Assembly (NCBI GenBank): GCA_951406725.2
Contig: OX597818.1
Location: 113,832,001-113,896,000 of the forward strand
DNA from: Octopus vulgaris
Lineage: Eukaryota
DNA length: 64,000 nucleotides
Reading direction: 5' to 3'
Part shown: piece by piece, positions 1-16,273 of the stretch
Position numbering within the stretch: the first letter of the stretch is position 1
How the letters are laid out: each line of letters opens with the position of its first letter
Program-made: the position numbers and the translations under genes
The notes under the pieces: model-generated
What the model was told of the DNA's origin: nothing
The model's database searches: none
Seen by the model: the letters and a program-made list of their open reading frames with translations, nothing else

Positions 1-99
1 TTATATTTAGTTATGATAAAAACAATTATACGTTAACTTGAGGGATTACTCTGTACTTTTGCAGAGTACAAATGTATTATTCTTTCTTTTTTAAGAGTT

Positions 100-133
<34 letters not shown>

Positions 134-243
134 TGTATGTATGTATGTATGTATGCATATGTATATGTATGTATATATATATAATATATATATACACACA
201 CACACACACTCATATATAATAGCAATTAATCAGCTGCAGAGAA

Positions 244-322
<79 letters not shown>

Positions 323-1328
323 CATACATACACACATACATATATATATATCATTGTAATGAGATCGATTTAATATCCCGATAATGTATCATAGATGTGA
401 AGGGAACAATAACATAGTTTCATAATTTGGCGGAAGGCAAGTGAATGAGATCATAATAGACGACAAAAAGATTGGGTATCGACAAATAATATAGTTTATT
501 TTTCCACCGCATATTTTAGCCTACTGCTTCTTGAGTTAAATATATTGATATACACATTTTAAGTGAGAGAACTGAAATCTTATTTTCTCTTTATATGCCT
601 GATGGAAGAAATTCAGTATATGTAGGCTTTCTGTGACTATATATTCACTTGCTTCTTTACACCATGATATCGACAAACGGTCCCTAGTGGCTTCCTCGAC
701 AAATATTAAGCGCTTGTCGTAGAATTTTCGCGAAAGAATGGTAAGGTGGTTTCCCGTTACCCTTTTAGCAGTTTTTTACAAGAAATTTAACAAGAACACC
801 ATCATGTTGGCTGCAACCAATTCTGAAAGTGAGAATGAAATAGAAGCGACCAAAACTTGACTGTTGTTTTATTTATCAAACTAGAAGGGATGAAAGTTAG
901 AATTGGCTAAGGCCAATTTGAACATTGAACGCAGAGATCCGCTTAGATGCTGTAACGAATCTAGCGATTTACCGCCCTCTGTAGTTATATGCCCTAAAGT
1001 CAAAATAAACTGCTGGGTGTATACCGTATAAATACCATAGAGAATTATATTCAACAACGTCTTTAAGTGTTAATTAAAGCCATTTTATTGCTATTGTTAT
1101 TAAAAAGCTTGTATATTAATCCACTTTATTCGGTGGATTGCCTGTGACGGAGAGTGAGTGAAGCAAAGATTCAGACGGAAGGTAAGAGGAGAATGACATA
1201 GGAAGTGTGTGTGTATGTGTGTGTATGTGTGTGTGTGTGTGTGCGCGCGCGCGTGTGTATGTGTATGTGTGTGTGTGTGCGCGTGTGTGTGCGCGCGTGT
1301 GTGTGTGTGTGAGTGTGTAGTGTGTGTA

Positions 1329-1394
<66 letters not shown>

Positions 1395-1985
1395 AAGAGA
1401 TTGTGTATATATCATATATATATATTTGCACATTTGTGTAATAGTGTGAGTGCGATGAGAAAAGGGCTCTAAAAGAGAGGGATACAAAAGGTGAAACAAA
1501 AGTTGAAGCAAGCATATTTATATATATATATATACTCATACACACATGCACACAAAGCCACACGTATACACACACAATTATATATATATATATGGTTCAT
1601 ACAGAGGAGAAAAGCAACACCCATGACATATTTTGCAGACCCCTGAAACAGGTGGGAGAACAAAAGGAGAAACTATGACTTGTGTTGTTCTCAAACCGCA
1701 AATATGCTCCGAATGTTTGCGGCAGAATATATTCTGTTAATGGCACATGAAGCCAGGTTGTGAAGCTAAAGCAGAGCAATGAATTAAATTTATAAATACA
1801 GTAAGAGAAACAGTGTCAATGTTAAGCTTCAGTTACCATCAAACAAAATTTCACAGAAAAGGCTTAAAATATAACAATATGTAAGGGGAATTGAACCGCA
1901 AGCCGTGTGATTACAAGATGAACATTACGATGCGGTTTTTACTCACGTTTTGTGTGTATGTTTTGTGTGTAGGGAGGTGCACGTG

Positions 1986-2020
<35 letters not shown>

Positions 2021-2273
2021 CTGCTTATGTGTTAGAATACTGTAATGCATATAAATTTAAGCTTTTGTTTGTTTCAGCTTTGAAGAATCTTACTCGAACG
2101 AATCGACTTCTATACTTAATATTTTTTTAAGCCTGGTCTATCGGTCTCTTTCGTCGAACCGCAAGTTTATTGGAGACAAACTTAAACGCAAAGACACATA
2201 CACACTAACACACACGCACGCACACGCACACACACACAAAGCACACATACATGTATATATATATATATATATA

Positions 2274-3514
2274 TTGGGTCATCCCATAAATAATGCGGTT
2301 TTTTCAATTGCGTGAACTAAAAGTCGGAGGGGGACGGGATAAACAACTTGCATCAACTTACTATAAAAATAGGTAGTAATTTTACCTTGTACTTATTCTT
2401 AGTGCAGGTTTTGAAGAGTACAGTTCGATTTTAACAGTTATTTTTTCAAAGTTATAATGGAAGTGACAAAGGGGCATTTTCAGCATATTTTGCTTTATGA
2501 GTTCAATAAAGGCAACAACGCAACGGGAAGTGCAAGGAATATTAAGGCAGTATATGGGAATCAGACAATAAGCGAAAGCCAGTGTCAACGGTGGTTCCAG
2601 AAATTCCGAATCAGAAACTGCAGCCTCATCCTGGAAGATTTGTAGAGCTTGTCGAGGACGTCCTGCAAATCCGGGTGGAACAAAATCCCATCGTAACTCT
2701 TGAGGAACTATTAGAGAGGCTTGGATTTCATCATTCAACCATTCATCGACACCTGCGTGCCATCTGAAAAGTCAGCAAACTGGGTTAATGGGTTCCTCAC
2801 AAACTTTCCGAATCTAATCGCATGCAGAGAGTGAATATGTGCTCTTTTTTGCTCTCACGTCTCTGGAATGAACCTTTTTTGAACCGAATAGTGGTTGGTG
2901 ACGAGAAATGGGCTCTCGCTAAAAAATATCGAGCACCGAAGACAGTGGGTAGGGAAAGGAGAAACACCGGCACCCCAGGCTAAAGAATGTCTTCATTGAC
3001 ATAAGGTGTTGTCATCTGTTTGCTGGGATAAGAAGAGTTTAGTCGACTTTGAACTTTTAAACCCAAACCAAACGATAACAAAGGAGATCTATTGCAAGCA
3101 GCTTCAGCGGCTTAAGTCAGCGCTAGAAGAAAAACAACCATCTTTGGTTTCAAGACTGAAGGGGTTGTTCCATCAAGAAAATGCTCGTTCACATACAGCA
3201 AGGATGACATTCCAAAGGTTGGAGTAATTTTGAATGGGAAACGATACTCCACCCACCATATTCGCCGGAAATTGTCCCATCTGATTACCATTTATTCTGC
3301 AGTCTTAAAAATCACTTCGAAGGAAAAATGTGAATTCTGTAGACGAGAAGTACTTTTCGTCACGGACAAGTGGATTTGCCAGTCTATCAGATAGATGGAA
3401 GAGTATTGTATAAAAATGAAGGGGAGTATATTTTAGATTAAAAAGAACTTTGTTTATCTTAAATTTGAAAAATAAAAGATGTATAAAAAACGCATAATTT
3501 ATTAGATGACCCAA
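2274..3514 (+). mobile_element. Full-length decayed mariner transposon
   Basis: TIRs TTGGGTCATCCCATAAATAATGCG / CGCATAATTTATTAGATGACCCAA with TA at the left junction; about 1.24 kb; internal transposase remnants. Confidence 0.92.
2457..3440 (+). pseudogene. Mariner transposase pseudogene
   Basis: MEVTKGHFQHILLYEFNKG...WFQKFR (HTH), WVPHKL, GDEKW, FHQENARSHTA and HPPYSPEIVPSDYHLF motifs, broken by stops and frameshifts. Confidence 0.9.
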
Positions 3515-3518
3515 CATA

Positions 3519-3674
<156 letters not shown>

Positions 3675-3686
3675 TACATACATACA

Positions 3687-3722
<36 letters not shown>

Positions 3723-3725
3723 TAT

Positions 3726-3765
<40 letters not shown>

Positions 3766-3788
3766 ATATATATATATTTCTAGTTTTC

Positions 3789-3821
<33 letters not shown>

Positions 3822-3829
3822 TTCTAGTT

Positions 3830-3892
<63 letters not shown>

Positions 3893-4112
3893 CATACATA
3901 CATATATATACACACATACATATATATATACATACATATATATGTGTATATATATGTGTATATATATGTGTATATATATATATATATATATACATATCAA
4001 CACACTCACACATGTATATACATACATATATGTGTGTGTATACATATATAAGTATATAGGTATGTATGTAGATATATATATAATGTGTGTATGTGTGTGT
4101 GTGTGTGTGTGT

Positions 4113-4184
<72 letters not shown>

Positions 4185-4663
4185 TGTATGGAAATATATT
4201 CTTAAGAAAGTATATATTTAAAACAAATATATATATATACACGCTCTGTCTTGGGTATTGACGTTTCACTTCAACACTAGATTTAATTTCTTGTTAACAG
4301 TTTTCACTTCTAGGAATTGTGAAATACACTGTAATTTTGTTTTTGGTGCTAAAATAAATTCTTTGTTTAATAATTCAAACGGGAGTGCTCACACCCAAAC
4401 AGACACTCTCAAATATATGCATACATACATACATGCATACATACAATATACATACATACATACATACATACATACATACATAAATACATACATACATACA
4501 TACACATAAATGCGTACACTTGTTTATATGCATAACTGTAACAACAATTAATAATATTAATGTATATAGCATGTATTATACCATATTCAAATATTTACAT
4601 ATATTCAAACATACAGACACACGAACATTCGTATACATATACATAGATGCATACATATATACA

Positions 4664-4724
<61 letters not shown>

Positions 4725-4747
4725 CATATACACACACACACACACAC

Positions 4748-4785
<38 letters not shown>

Positions 4786-4819
4786 CCTTCGTCTTTTGTC
4801 TATTTTCATAAAGCTTCCC

Positions 4820-4890
<71 letters not shown>

Positions 4891-4976
4891 TATATACACA
4901 TATATATATATATGTATATATATAAATATATATACACATATATATACATACATTTATGTGAGTGTGTGTATGTATG

Positions 4977-5070
<94 letters not shown>

Positions 5071-5170
5071 GTTAAAAAAAGAGTATATGAAAAATACGTG
5101 TATATTATAAATAGATATAGATACATTTAACATACATACATTTATGTGAGTGTGTGTATGTATGTATATA

Positions 5171-5264
<94 letters not shown>

Positions 5265-6736
5265 GTTAAAAAAAGAGTATATGAAAAATACGTGTATATT
5301 ATAAATAGATATAGATATATTAATACACACTTACACACACACACACACACACTGATTGTGTGTGCGCACGAGTGTAAAATGTTTGGAAACTGAACTTCCA
5401 CGTCATTCTTACCATGCACCGTTTCGATAACTTGAAATAAATTATTGAACTTTCCTAAACATGAAGTACTTTTTTGTTTTGTTTTCTAATCCACAAATTA
5501 CACGGAAGATTTTTGAAACTTATTGATTGGGGACTCAGAGCACATGTTGCATCAGAGGCCCATAATATCGTCGTCTGGTTCTGCCCTTCCTTAGTCTCAG
5601 AAAACCTGAAAAGAATCATTGATACTGCCCTTACCCTTGAATAAGAAAATACACACACATATTTCTTTTTACTGGGGAAGGCCGGATTTATGTTTTCTAA
5701 AAACTATATATACATACATATATAGATAACAGACTGTTTAATGCATCTATTCAATGCAATTATTCAATATAAATATATTTGGTTTCGCAGAATTAAAATT
5801 ATCATCAGTTAAACCGATAATAATCCTTTCTACTATTGGCACAAGACCTGAAATTTTGGAGGGGGCTAGTCGATTACATTAACCTCAGTACTCGGCTGTT
5901 ATTATTTTTTATCGACTCCGAAAGGATGAAAAGCAAAGTCAACATCGATGGAATTTTAACCCAGAAGGTAAAGGCAGTTCCCCCGCTTTTATGCTTTGGT
6001 TTCCAATTCCAACGAGCTTTATTTTGCCTTTCACCTTTTTGGGATCGATGAAATAAGTACTAGTTGTGCACTGAGGACGATAGCACACCCACATAAGCTG
6101 GATTTCCTCCGTTTTGGCTGGGATTTTTCAAATTTTCTTTTTCACCATGCCCTTGCAGATGATGGGGGAAAGCTTTTTATGTGAAAAACTTTTCAAAATT
6201 TATGAATACCCCTACTCCCAACCAGAGTAATTTTCTCTTTTTTACCTTTTGGCACTAAGCACTTAAGAACGATGGAAGAAGCCTTGAAAGTTAAACATTT
6301 TTACCATTACAATCCTCACTTACTTAATTTTCTAACAGAAAACAAAATGCAATTCAAAAAACAATAGTGACATCTATTTGGATTTCTTCATTAACACCGC
6401 CCCTCCATAAATCCTAAAATTTCGACGTTTTATCGATTTTGAAAACAGTTTTAAAATATGGAGTCCGAATTTGCAATTTGTTTCTGTTTATAATTTCAAA
6501 ATAATTTTCAGACGAAAAGTTGTGTGATTTAAGGGAGATTTAGCTGTTGTTTCTAGTACAACCCGCGGCTAACTGTGATACATATTGATGCTTTTCAATA
6601 TTTTTCTCCCTGTACACACATTTTATGGAATGATGATGTGACGGTCCATTGCTGGAATTTAAGTTACAACAAAATTTAAATTTTAACCCCCACCCTGATT
6701 CAAGTGAGTCTGTGTGTGTGTGTGTGTGTGTGTGTG

Positions 6737-6776
<40 letters not shown>

Positions 6777-7338
6777 AAACATATTTCCTAGCAGAAAAGT
6801 ATGCTATTAAAATAATTATCTTTTACATACCATTTTTTAAATTACACTGGTGCTCTAATGAAATTCCTTACACACATACATTCGCACACACTGACAAACA
6901 CACACACAAACACACTCAGCGTGAGCGATATGCTTTTATACAGAGTGAGAGAGAATGTGGTAAATATATAGAGAGAGAGGTGGTAAATATATAGAGAGAG
7001 AGGTGGAAAGTTTATCATAAGAAAAACGATAAATGAAAGAGATAGACAAAAACAGAGACAGATCATTCCAGTTGCTAGCACAGATTTCGAAATTTTAAAA
7101 CTAAACGAAAATTTTAAAACTTGGTATACTGTTGTACATTTTCACGCTGAATCCGAGTTTCTCATTCATTTATTCCAGAAAAAGAAAATTAGAAAATGTT
7201 ACAGAGGTTTAAAAGTTTAATCATTTTTGCTCAGTCAGAAAACTGGATTTGTACGTAACAGCTATCATAAAATGATAGTAAACATTAGAAGACGCGGTTT
7301 TGAGAATTATTGATCGAAAAGTTATTTCTCGTAGAAAT

Positions 7339-7369
<31 letters not shown>

Positions 7370-7865
7370 CTCATTATTTACGGACAACCTTCTCTTTTGG
7401 ACGCAAATTTCGAAAATCATATTCTTCTCGAGGACGCACCTTTTCAGCGCCTTTCAGGCAATGATTGTGTGTGTGTGTGTATACATGTGTTTGTGTGTGT
7501 TTATTTCAGGAGTATCAGCGCCTAATTGGGTTTAGCGAACTTTAGGTTAGTTAAAATATGTTTGTAACATATTTCAACTTCTAAAGGCAAATTCACTGCA
7601 GTTACGGTGGAAAAAATATTCCTAAAGATGTGTGAAAACACTATATCCGTCCAATGTTGCTTCCTGTCAGATTCCCAGATGGGTTTTTTTAGATCGTTAG
7701 CTGTTTTCAATTGAAAATACCGAACAAAGGTAACAAAATTAAAGCTATAACTTTAATTGAAAAATAGTCAACAACATTGATTGAGTTGCGCCATTAGACC
7801 GCTAGATCAGAAAAAATTATAACAGTATCGGCAGCAAGCAGTGTTTAGGCATAAGCGGACTTTAG

Positions 7866-7931
<66 letters not shown>

Positions 7932-7941
7932 CATACCTACA

Positions 7942-7977
<36 letters not shown>

Positions 7978-8059
7978 TATGTGTGTGTATATATATATAT
8001 ATATTTAGACAGAGAGAGAGAGGAGGGAGGGAGGGAGAAGTCACAAAACACAAAAGACG

Positions 8060-8352
<293 letters not shown>

Positions 8353-8919
8353 CATATATATATGTATATACATACAGTGTGCGTGTGTATGTATGCATAT
8401 GTATATATAAATATATATATATATATAGTGTGCATGCGTGTGTATGTGTGTGTGTGGTGTATATGTGAGTGTTTGTGTGAGTGTATATGTGAATGTATGT
8501 GAGTCCGTATACGTAAGTGTGAACTTGCGTGTGTGTGTGTGTGCGTGCGTGCGTGTGTGTGTGTGTATGTGTTTGTGTGTGTATGCTTGTGTATCTGCCA
8601 GACAGTGGGAGCTCTGAAGAGAAACACAGGTACAGATGTATATATAATCGTATACGTACTTATGGACTCGTGTAATTACATACATGCTCTCCCTCAAAAG
8701 CACATCTACACATACGTACAGATGCATGTACAATTCTACGCACAAACATTGTTTATATTTTTCCATACATATATAATTTATTTATATACGCATTAACATA
8801 GATGTTAACCTATTTATGTGTGATACACGCACGCACACACACATTTGTACACACACATAGGTATATATGTATGTATGTATGTGTGTATGTATGTATGTAT
8901 GTATGTTTGTATGTATGTA

Positions 8920-8955
<36 letters not shown>

Positions 8956-9565
8956 TGAGTATGCGTGGGTGCCGGTCTATCAAGATGTTTGTACAAACAT
9001 GTTAACATTATATACAAAAATATATTCTAATGTAACAAAATTCCAGTTCCAAGATTAACTAACCATGACTATTTAGTTAAAAGGTATGTAACTTAAGTTT
9101 CATATTTATCCGATTAATTAAGCTTCGGTTGCTAGGAAACTCAGCATTGCTGTGAAGGTGTGTGGCTTCAGACACGCACATACATCCACATACACACACA
9201 TATACACGAGTACATAGATATGTATGCTTGTGTGTGAGTCTGTCCCCCACAGATATGTTTGTGTATGTATGTATGTATGTATGTATGTAGGTAGGTAGGG
9301 ATGTATGTATCTATATATGTATGTAGGTATGTATGTATCTATATATGTATTATGTATGTATGTATGTATATATGTATGTATGCATATATGTATGTATGTA
9401 TGTATGTATGTGCGTGAGTGCGAGTGTGTGCATATATGTGTGAATGTATATATATATATATATATTTACTATGTATTTATGTGTTTGTGTATGTGTGTGT
9501 GTATGTATGTGTGTGTGTGTGTGTGTATGTGTGTGTAGTAGCTGCTAGAAAGAATTATTAAAATG

Positions 9566-9725
9566 AGTCATTGATGATGCAGTGTGAGATCCTTGTATGA
9601 CTCTTGAGCTCGGCCAAAGATTTACACATTCTATTGCATAATGCACAGCTGTGCTGACTGGGAGACGGAGCAGATGCCACAATATGAAATCTGTTGACAT
9701 GCCTTTTCATCCTCCAACTGAAAGG
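9566..9725 (-). mobile_element. 3' fragment of an RTE-like non-LTR retrotransposon
   Basis: Translation CALCNRMCKSLAELKSHTR matches the CxxCxRxCxSxxGLxSHxR C-terminal motif of RTE ORFs. Confidence 0.6.
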
Positions 9726-10724
9726 TACATACATACAAATGTACATACATACATACATACATACATACATACATACATACATACATACATGCATGCATGC
9801 ATGCATACATACATACATACATACATACACATACATACATACACATACATATTTATACATACATACATACATAAATACGTACAAATAGAAACACCCACCA
9901 CGATGTTTATTAGTGTGCATATACTCATCTATCTATCTTTCTATCTATCAATACAGACACACAAACACACATATATGTATACACACACACACACACACAT
10001 GCATGTACAGATATATGCATGTATAGATATATACACACACACTCTTTAAATATGATATATACGTTCATGTATACGTATGTATCAGGAATATAAAGTCATT
10101 ATTCCGAGTAGTTTCCACGTAGTTTCTGCTAGGAATGAGATATGTTTAGACTCATAGTCTTGATGATTCCATAACCCAAAGAAATATACATCTATAATGT
10201 TTTACCAACAGATTACATATTGTCGCTGGGGAAAAAAGAACTTTAGCATATATACGAATTCGTATGTATGTATGTATCTATGCATGTATGTATGTATGTA
10301 TGTATGTATGTATGTATGTATGTATGTATGTATGTATGTATTTATGTATGTATGTATGTTTGTATGTATGCATGCATGTATGTATGTATGTATGTATGTA
10401 TGTATGTATGTATATATGTGTGTATGTATGTATGTATGTTTGCATGTATGTATGAATATATGTATATAAGTATATATATGTATATATATATGTATGCATA
10501 TATATATGTACATGTATATATATATATAAGTATATATATATATACATACATATATATATACGCACATATATATACTTCATTAGATACATATGCATTTATA
10601 TATATTTAATTTTTTTATACATACATACATCTATATATAAATATTTATACATATACACACGCACACATATATCAAAATATGGAAATATAGGCACAATGTA
10701 CAAATCTACACACGACGCGCGCGT

Positions 10725-10852
<128 letters not shown>

Positions 10853-11573
10853 TGTCCGTGTGTGTGTTTCTATATACCTATATATTGATATAGATATGTC
10901 TGTGCGGGTATATATGTATATCTATATATATTTATATGCATACATATATATATATACACACATACGCAGAAACACGCACCCTTACATACCCACACATATA
11001 CATACATACGCATAAAACACATACATTCATACATACATACATACATACATACATACATACATACATACATACATACATACATACATGCATACATACATAC
11101 ATGTAAGTATGTTGTTCAAGTATAAAAATATATACAGGCATACTTCAATTTAAGACGTTTCTAGTTACTTTTTCGACATTTTGTTTGTTCTTTTTATTAT
11201 TATTATTAACATTATTATTATTATTTTGGAGAAAAAAACTTTAACTAAGGCAGTTTAACCGAATTTACTTGGTCTCAGCGAATATCTTTGAAAAACAAAC
11301 ATTTTTTTTAAACCATATAAAAACCAATACTGAAATGGAAAATTAAATAAAGTACATTTGAAATTATGTAAAAACCAGTTATTGGAACAGATATAAACTG
11401 ATATATTTTGTTTTTAAGAAATGAATTTTCATGCTGCGTCGTCTTTCGAGTAAATAAGTATCGACGTAAGATTAGTTATGCCAGTTTATTTATATAGACA
11501 TATGTAAATATATATGGATGTATATGCTTGAATGAATGTATATTTATGTACATATATACATTCATATGGATAC

Positions 11574-11637
<64 letters not shown>

Positions 11638-11704
11638 ATGTATATATATTGTTGCATACACGTATGCACATACGCACACGCACACACACACACACACACA
11701 CACA

Positions 11705-11743
<39 letters not shown>

Positions 11744-11786
11744 GTGTGTGTGTTTCTATGTGTGAATGTCTGCATGAATATATAGT

Positions 11787-11822
<36 letters not shown>

Positions 11823-12018
11823 CGAATAAGTAGATACATAGAATCATATATATGTATATACAAATATATTTACATATACACATATATATGTATGCATATG
11901 TATATATATATATATGAATGTATATATATGTATGTATGCATGCATGCTTGTATGCATATATGTGCATGTATGTATTTTTGTATATGTATATGTATGTGTG
12001 TATATATATGTAAATATG

Positions 12019-12054
<36 letters not shown>

Positions 12055-12466
12055 CGTATGTATATATATATATATATATATGTATCTATGTATCTACCTA
12101 TTCTTAAATATATGTACAAATATTCCAAATTTACGCAATTATAGATAGAAATATATATGTATGTATGTACGTATGTATATATATGTATAAATATATATGT
12201 TTGTATGTATGATTACATATAAATGATTATATATTCATACAGACACTCAGACCCACACATATTTATATACATATACATACACGCACACAGATACATATTT
12301 ACACATATGCGTAGGAATATATCTATCTACCTACCTAAACATGTGAATGCATAAATATATATATATCCATCAATATGCATTCATTTACGCATATACATAT
12401 ATATTTGTATAAGCACACATACACATATTTAAGAATACATATATAAATGTATGTATATACATATGC

Positions 12467-12520
<54 letters not shown>

Positions 12521-12664
12521 CACACATACATATATACATACATACATACATAAATAGATACTTAGACATGCTTACACGTATAATATTGCTATATCAAAAT
12601 TTGCTTATATCATATACAGGCATATATATATGCGTATTCGTATATAAATATGTATATACATATG

Positions 12665-12708
<44 letters not shown>

Positions 12709-12789
12709 GATATATATATATATGTATGTATATATCTCAAATGTATATATTTGTGGATACCTGTATGTATGTATGTATGTATGTCTATA

Positions 12790-13647
12790 AGAGGTCTGAT
12801 CAATAAGTATCCGGACTGTTGCTATAGTAACGAAGCTAAAGCATGCCAAATGGAGCCACTTGGCTTTGATTGACCTTGAATACTGCTATGTGTGCACACT
12901 GATTTTTAACATCCTACCTCACTTCTGCTCTTTATAGCAGTGCTTGGAAGGAACGTGTGTAGCGTGTGATCTTCACATTAGTCATGACTGCAAAAATCGT
13001 CACTGTGATACCTGCTCAGAGGGCTACAAAAATTGGCAGAAAGTGTATGAACCGCACACAAATGTACGAGTGGTTCAGATGTTTACAAGATGGCTGAAAA
13101 AATATCGATATTCACGAACGTTCTGGTAGACCTGCAACCAGCAGAACGGAGAAAAACATCGCAGATGTGCGTGCAGCAGTGAGGGAAATCGGCCAATCAC
13201 CGTTCGTGAGTTATCAGAGGATGTGCAGATTAGTTACGGTTTAGTTCAGTCCACTATCACTGAAGATTTGGATGAAACGCGTGTCTGCCAAAACTGCTAA
13301 CCAAAAAGAAAACAAAAAAAACTCTCGAGATTCAGTTGTACAAGATCTTGATTGTGTCCAAAAGGATGAAAACCTTTTGAAAACTTAGCGTGGGCCTCTG
13401 AGCAGGTATCGTCAAGCTTTTGGCACCACTTGACGCAGATTCTCTGCTCAACTTCCTCTGTTATGGTGAATGCGACAATCACACACTACACACCTTCCTT
13501 TCAAGCACTGCTGTAAACAGCGGAAGTGAGATAGAACCTTAAAACTTAGTGCACATGCACAACAGAATTCAAGGTCAATCTATGCCAAATGCGTGCTTTA
13601 GCTTTGTTACTATGGCAACAGTTCGGATATTTATTGATCAGACCACG
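12790..13647. mobile_element. Mariner-derived foldback element built from two inverted 5' ends
   Basis: Long inverted arms starting GAGGTCTGATCAATAAGTATCCG / CGGATATTTATTGATCAGACC. The left interior encodes mariner N-terminal residues (ERSGRPATSRTEKNIADVRAAV, ITVRELSEDVQISYG, KRVSAK). The right arm, on the minus strand, encodes EQRICVKWCQKLDDTCSEA. Confidence 0.85.
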
Positions 13648-14672
13648 TGTGTGTGTGTGTGTGTATGTGTCTGTGTCTGTGTGTGTGTGTATGTGTGTGT
13701 GTGTGTATGCGTGTGCGTGTGTGTACCACCCAACCGCTTGGCAACTGTCTTTGTTTTGTTTACTTCCCAGTCTCCCAGTAACTTTGTGGTTCGGGAAAAT
13801 ATACCTATTGAATGAGGACCACGCTTAGAAAACAACTGGGGTTGGTTTGTTCGCCTAAACCATTTACAGTGGTGTCCCAGCATGGTTGCAGTCGAATAGC
13901 TGACACAAATAAGTGGTAAAGGATACATATATTGGTACATAAATATTATAGTAGTATGCTATGTTACTATTATAATTTATATCATATCATATTGTATTAT
14001 ATTGCATATCTTGTATGCCCTGCATTATAGACGTCCTCCAAAATAAGTTATCTCCTTGAAGCCAGCTGCTAAGGCCATTGAGTATTTTCTCACTGTTTCT
14101 TCCCTGATTTCTTCATTCCTGTTTTCCGATTGTCACCAAATATCTTTGCCTTATGACGCCACATGTGTGGATCTAAAGGCATGTGAGTGTGCATTTGTCA
14201 GCGTGCTACGTTGTCAATACATGAAGTAAACCATTAATTTGCGTACAAATAATTTTCAGTGTATTTGTAATTTTAAATCCCTTGGCAGTAATCTGCTGTT
14301 CAGCGCGCGATAATTGTGCATTGAACAATCAAATGATTATGTCCAGTCCACCATCTTGTCTATTGCAGCATGACGTTTTGTTGTATCTAAAATAGCTAAC
14401 TTAAGTTGCAAACGTTTACATCATGTTGAAACTGGCAAACTTAGCCAGTTTAGTTTTCACCTAGCCAAATTAAATTTATACCTACCTCAATATTGAGTAC
14501 TTTTTTCCGTTTGTTCTCATTAACGTATTAGTACTCGCACGCATACGTACCCACACGCACAAATGGAGATAAGTGTGTGTGTGCGTATTACATACATACA
14601 TACATATATACATACAAACATACATACATACATACATACAAACATACATACATACATACATACATACATACA

Positions 14673-14704
<32 letters not shown>

Positions 14705-15149
14705 CATACATATACATGCGCTGGTGTAGTTATGTGATAATAAGCTTGCTTCCCAACAATGAGGTCTTGAGTTCAGTTACACTTCGCATCATCTTAGGCA
14801 GCTACCTTCTACTATAGCCCTAGGTAGAAGAACAATGCATCATCAGTGGATCTACTTGATGGAAATTGAAAGTTGTATATATGTGTGTGCATGTCTGAGT
14901 TTGTGTTTGTCGCCCTTCACCCTTGTCAACCAGTGTTGGTTTTGTTTATATCCCTGCCATTATTAATAAGAGACCGATGGAATACCAGATTTAAAAATAA
15001 GTACTGGGACCGATTTGTTCGATTAAACCCTTCAAGGCATTGCACCAACATGGCTGCAGTCCAAAGACTGAAGCAAATGAAGAAATCGATATATATAACT
15101 AAAAATATACGTAAGTGCATGCATATATATACTCATTCACTCATTTATT

Positions 15150-15455
15150 TAATTGTTTCTGTCATGCTGGAGCACCGCCTTGAAGGTTTTTTTTAGTTGA
15201 TTGAATCGACTCCGAACCGCTATGTTACAGGCACGCAAACACACCAACACCGGTTGTGAAGTAGTATTGGACACACACACATATATATACACACACAACA
15301 GGTCTTTCAGTTCCCGTCTACCAAATGCACTCACAAGGCTTTTGTCGACCTGAAGCTATATAGTAGAAGACACTTACCCAAGGTGTCACGCAGTGAGACT
15401 AAACCTGAAACCAAGTGGTTCGGAAGTAAGCTTCTTACCACTCAGCGACGCCTGC
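15150..15455 (-). mobile_element. tRNA-derived SINE, family A (a degenerate plus-strand copy lies just upstream at about 14718-15080)
   Basis: Reverse-complement match to the 20789-21250 SINE (head, TTTGGTAGACGGAAACTGAAAGA core, tail). Confidence 0.75.
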
Positions 15456-15458
15456 GAT

Positions 15459-15537
<79 letters not shown>

Positions 15538-16161
15538 AGTGAGTGTGTATGCACGTATATGTACAGATATATATGTGTACATTATCATTTACATTGGCAC
15601 GCTCATACACATGTGTGTGTGTGTGCGTCCGCGTGTGTACATGTGTCCATACTTACTTGCATACATACATACACACATACATGCACATACGCATACATAC
15701 ATACCATTCATACATACATACATAACTGAAGTATTTTTAGGTAAAAAAAGAAAAAAAAGGGAGAAATCATAGTCTTTGAGAAGCAGTTCCAGCAATGCTA
15801 TACATGTTAAGTGATTATGAGAGAATGAGAAAGAATTTCTCTAGATTATAGGCGATGCATACCTAACATTTTCACGTTTTTAAACAAGATTATAACGTTA
15901 TTAAAAAGGATTTTCTTTCTATAGCAGCATTATATATGACTGTAAAATCCATGTGAGGTCATTTGAACTGTATATGTATTGGCAGGTGCCTACCGAAGCT
16001 TTTGCAAGCTTGGCGTAGCTAATTATAGTATCAGATTACCAGCACGAACCTCGAAGATATGTATGTATGTTAATTTATGGGTGACGTAGAGAATGAAATA
16101 CGCAAAAAATTTTTCATTATTATTTCACATGTTTGCAGGCAAAGAAAGATTTACGGATATG

Positions 16162-16186
16162 TTTCGGTCTTGCTAGACCTCTTCAG
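16162..16186 (-). ncRNA. Hammerhead core remnant
   Basis: Minus strand CTGAAGA GGTCT-AGCA-AGACC GAAA gives an intact core and a perfect 5-bp stem II. Stems I and III do not pair. Confidence 0.55.
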
Positions 16187-16273
16187 TTTTGTTTCCTTAT
16201 GCCTAGCCAAAAATTTTGGCAGTTACTTTATGTTAATTTCCTTCAAATGATATTTGTAAGTCACTATCAGTTA

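Noticed and set aside
1623-1740. Possible plus-strand Cys-containing exon after TTTTGCAG
   Set aside because: Only about 33 codons, no recognisable homology and no partner exons.
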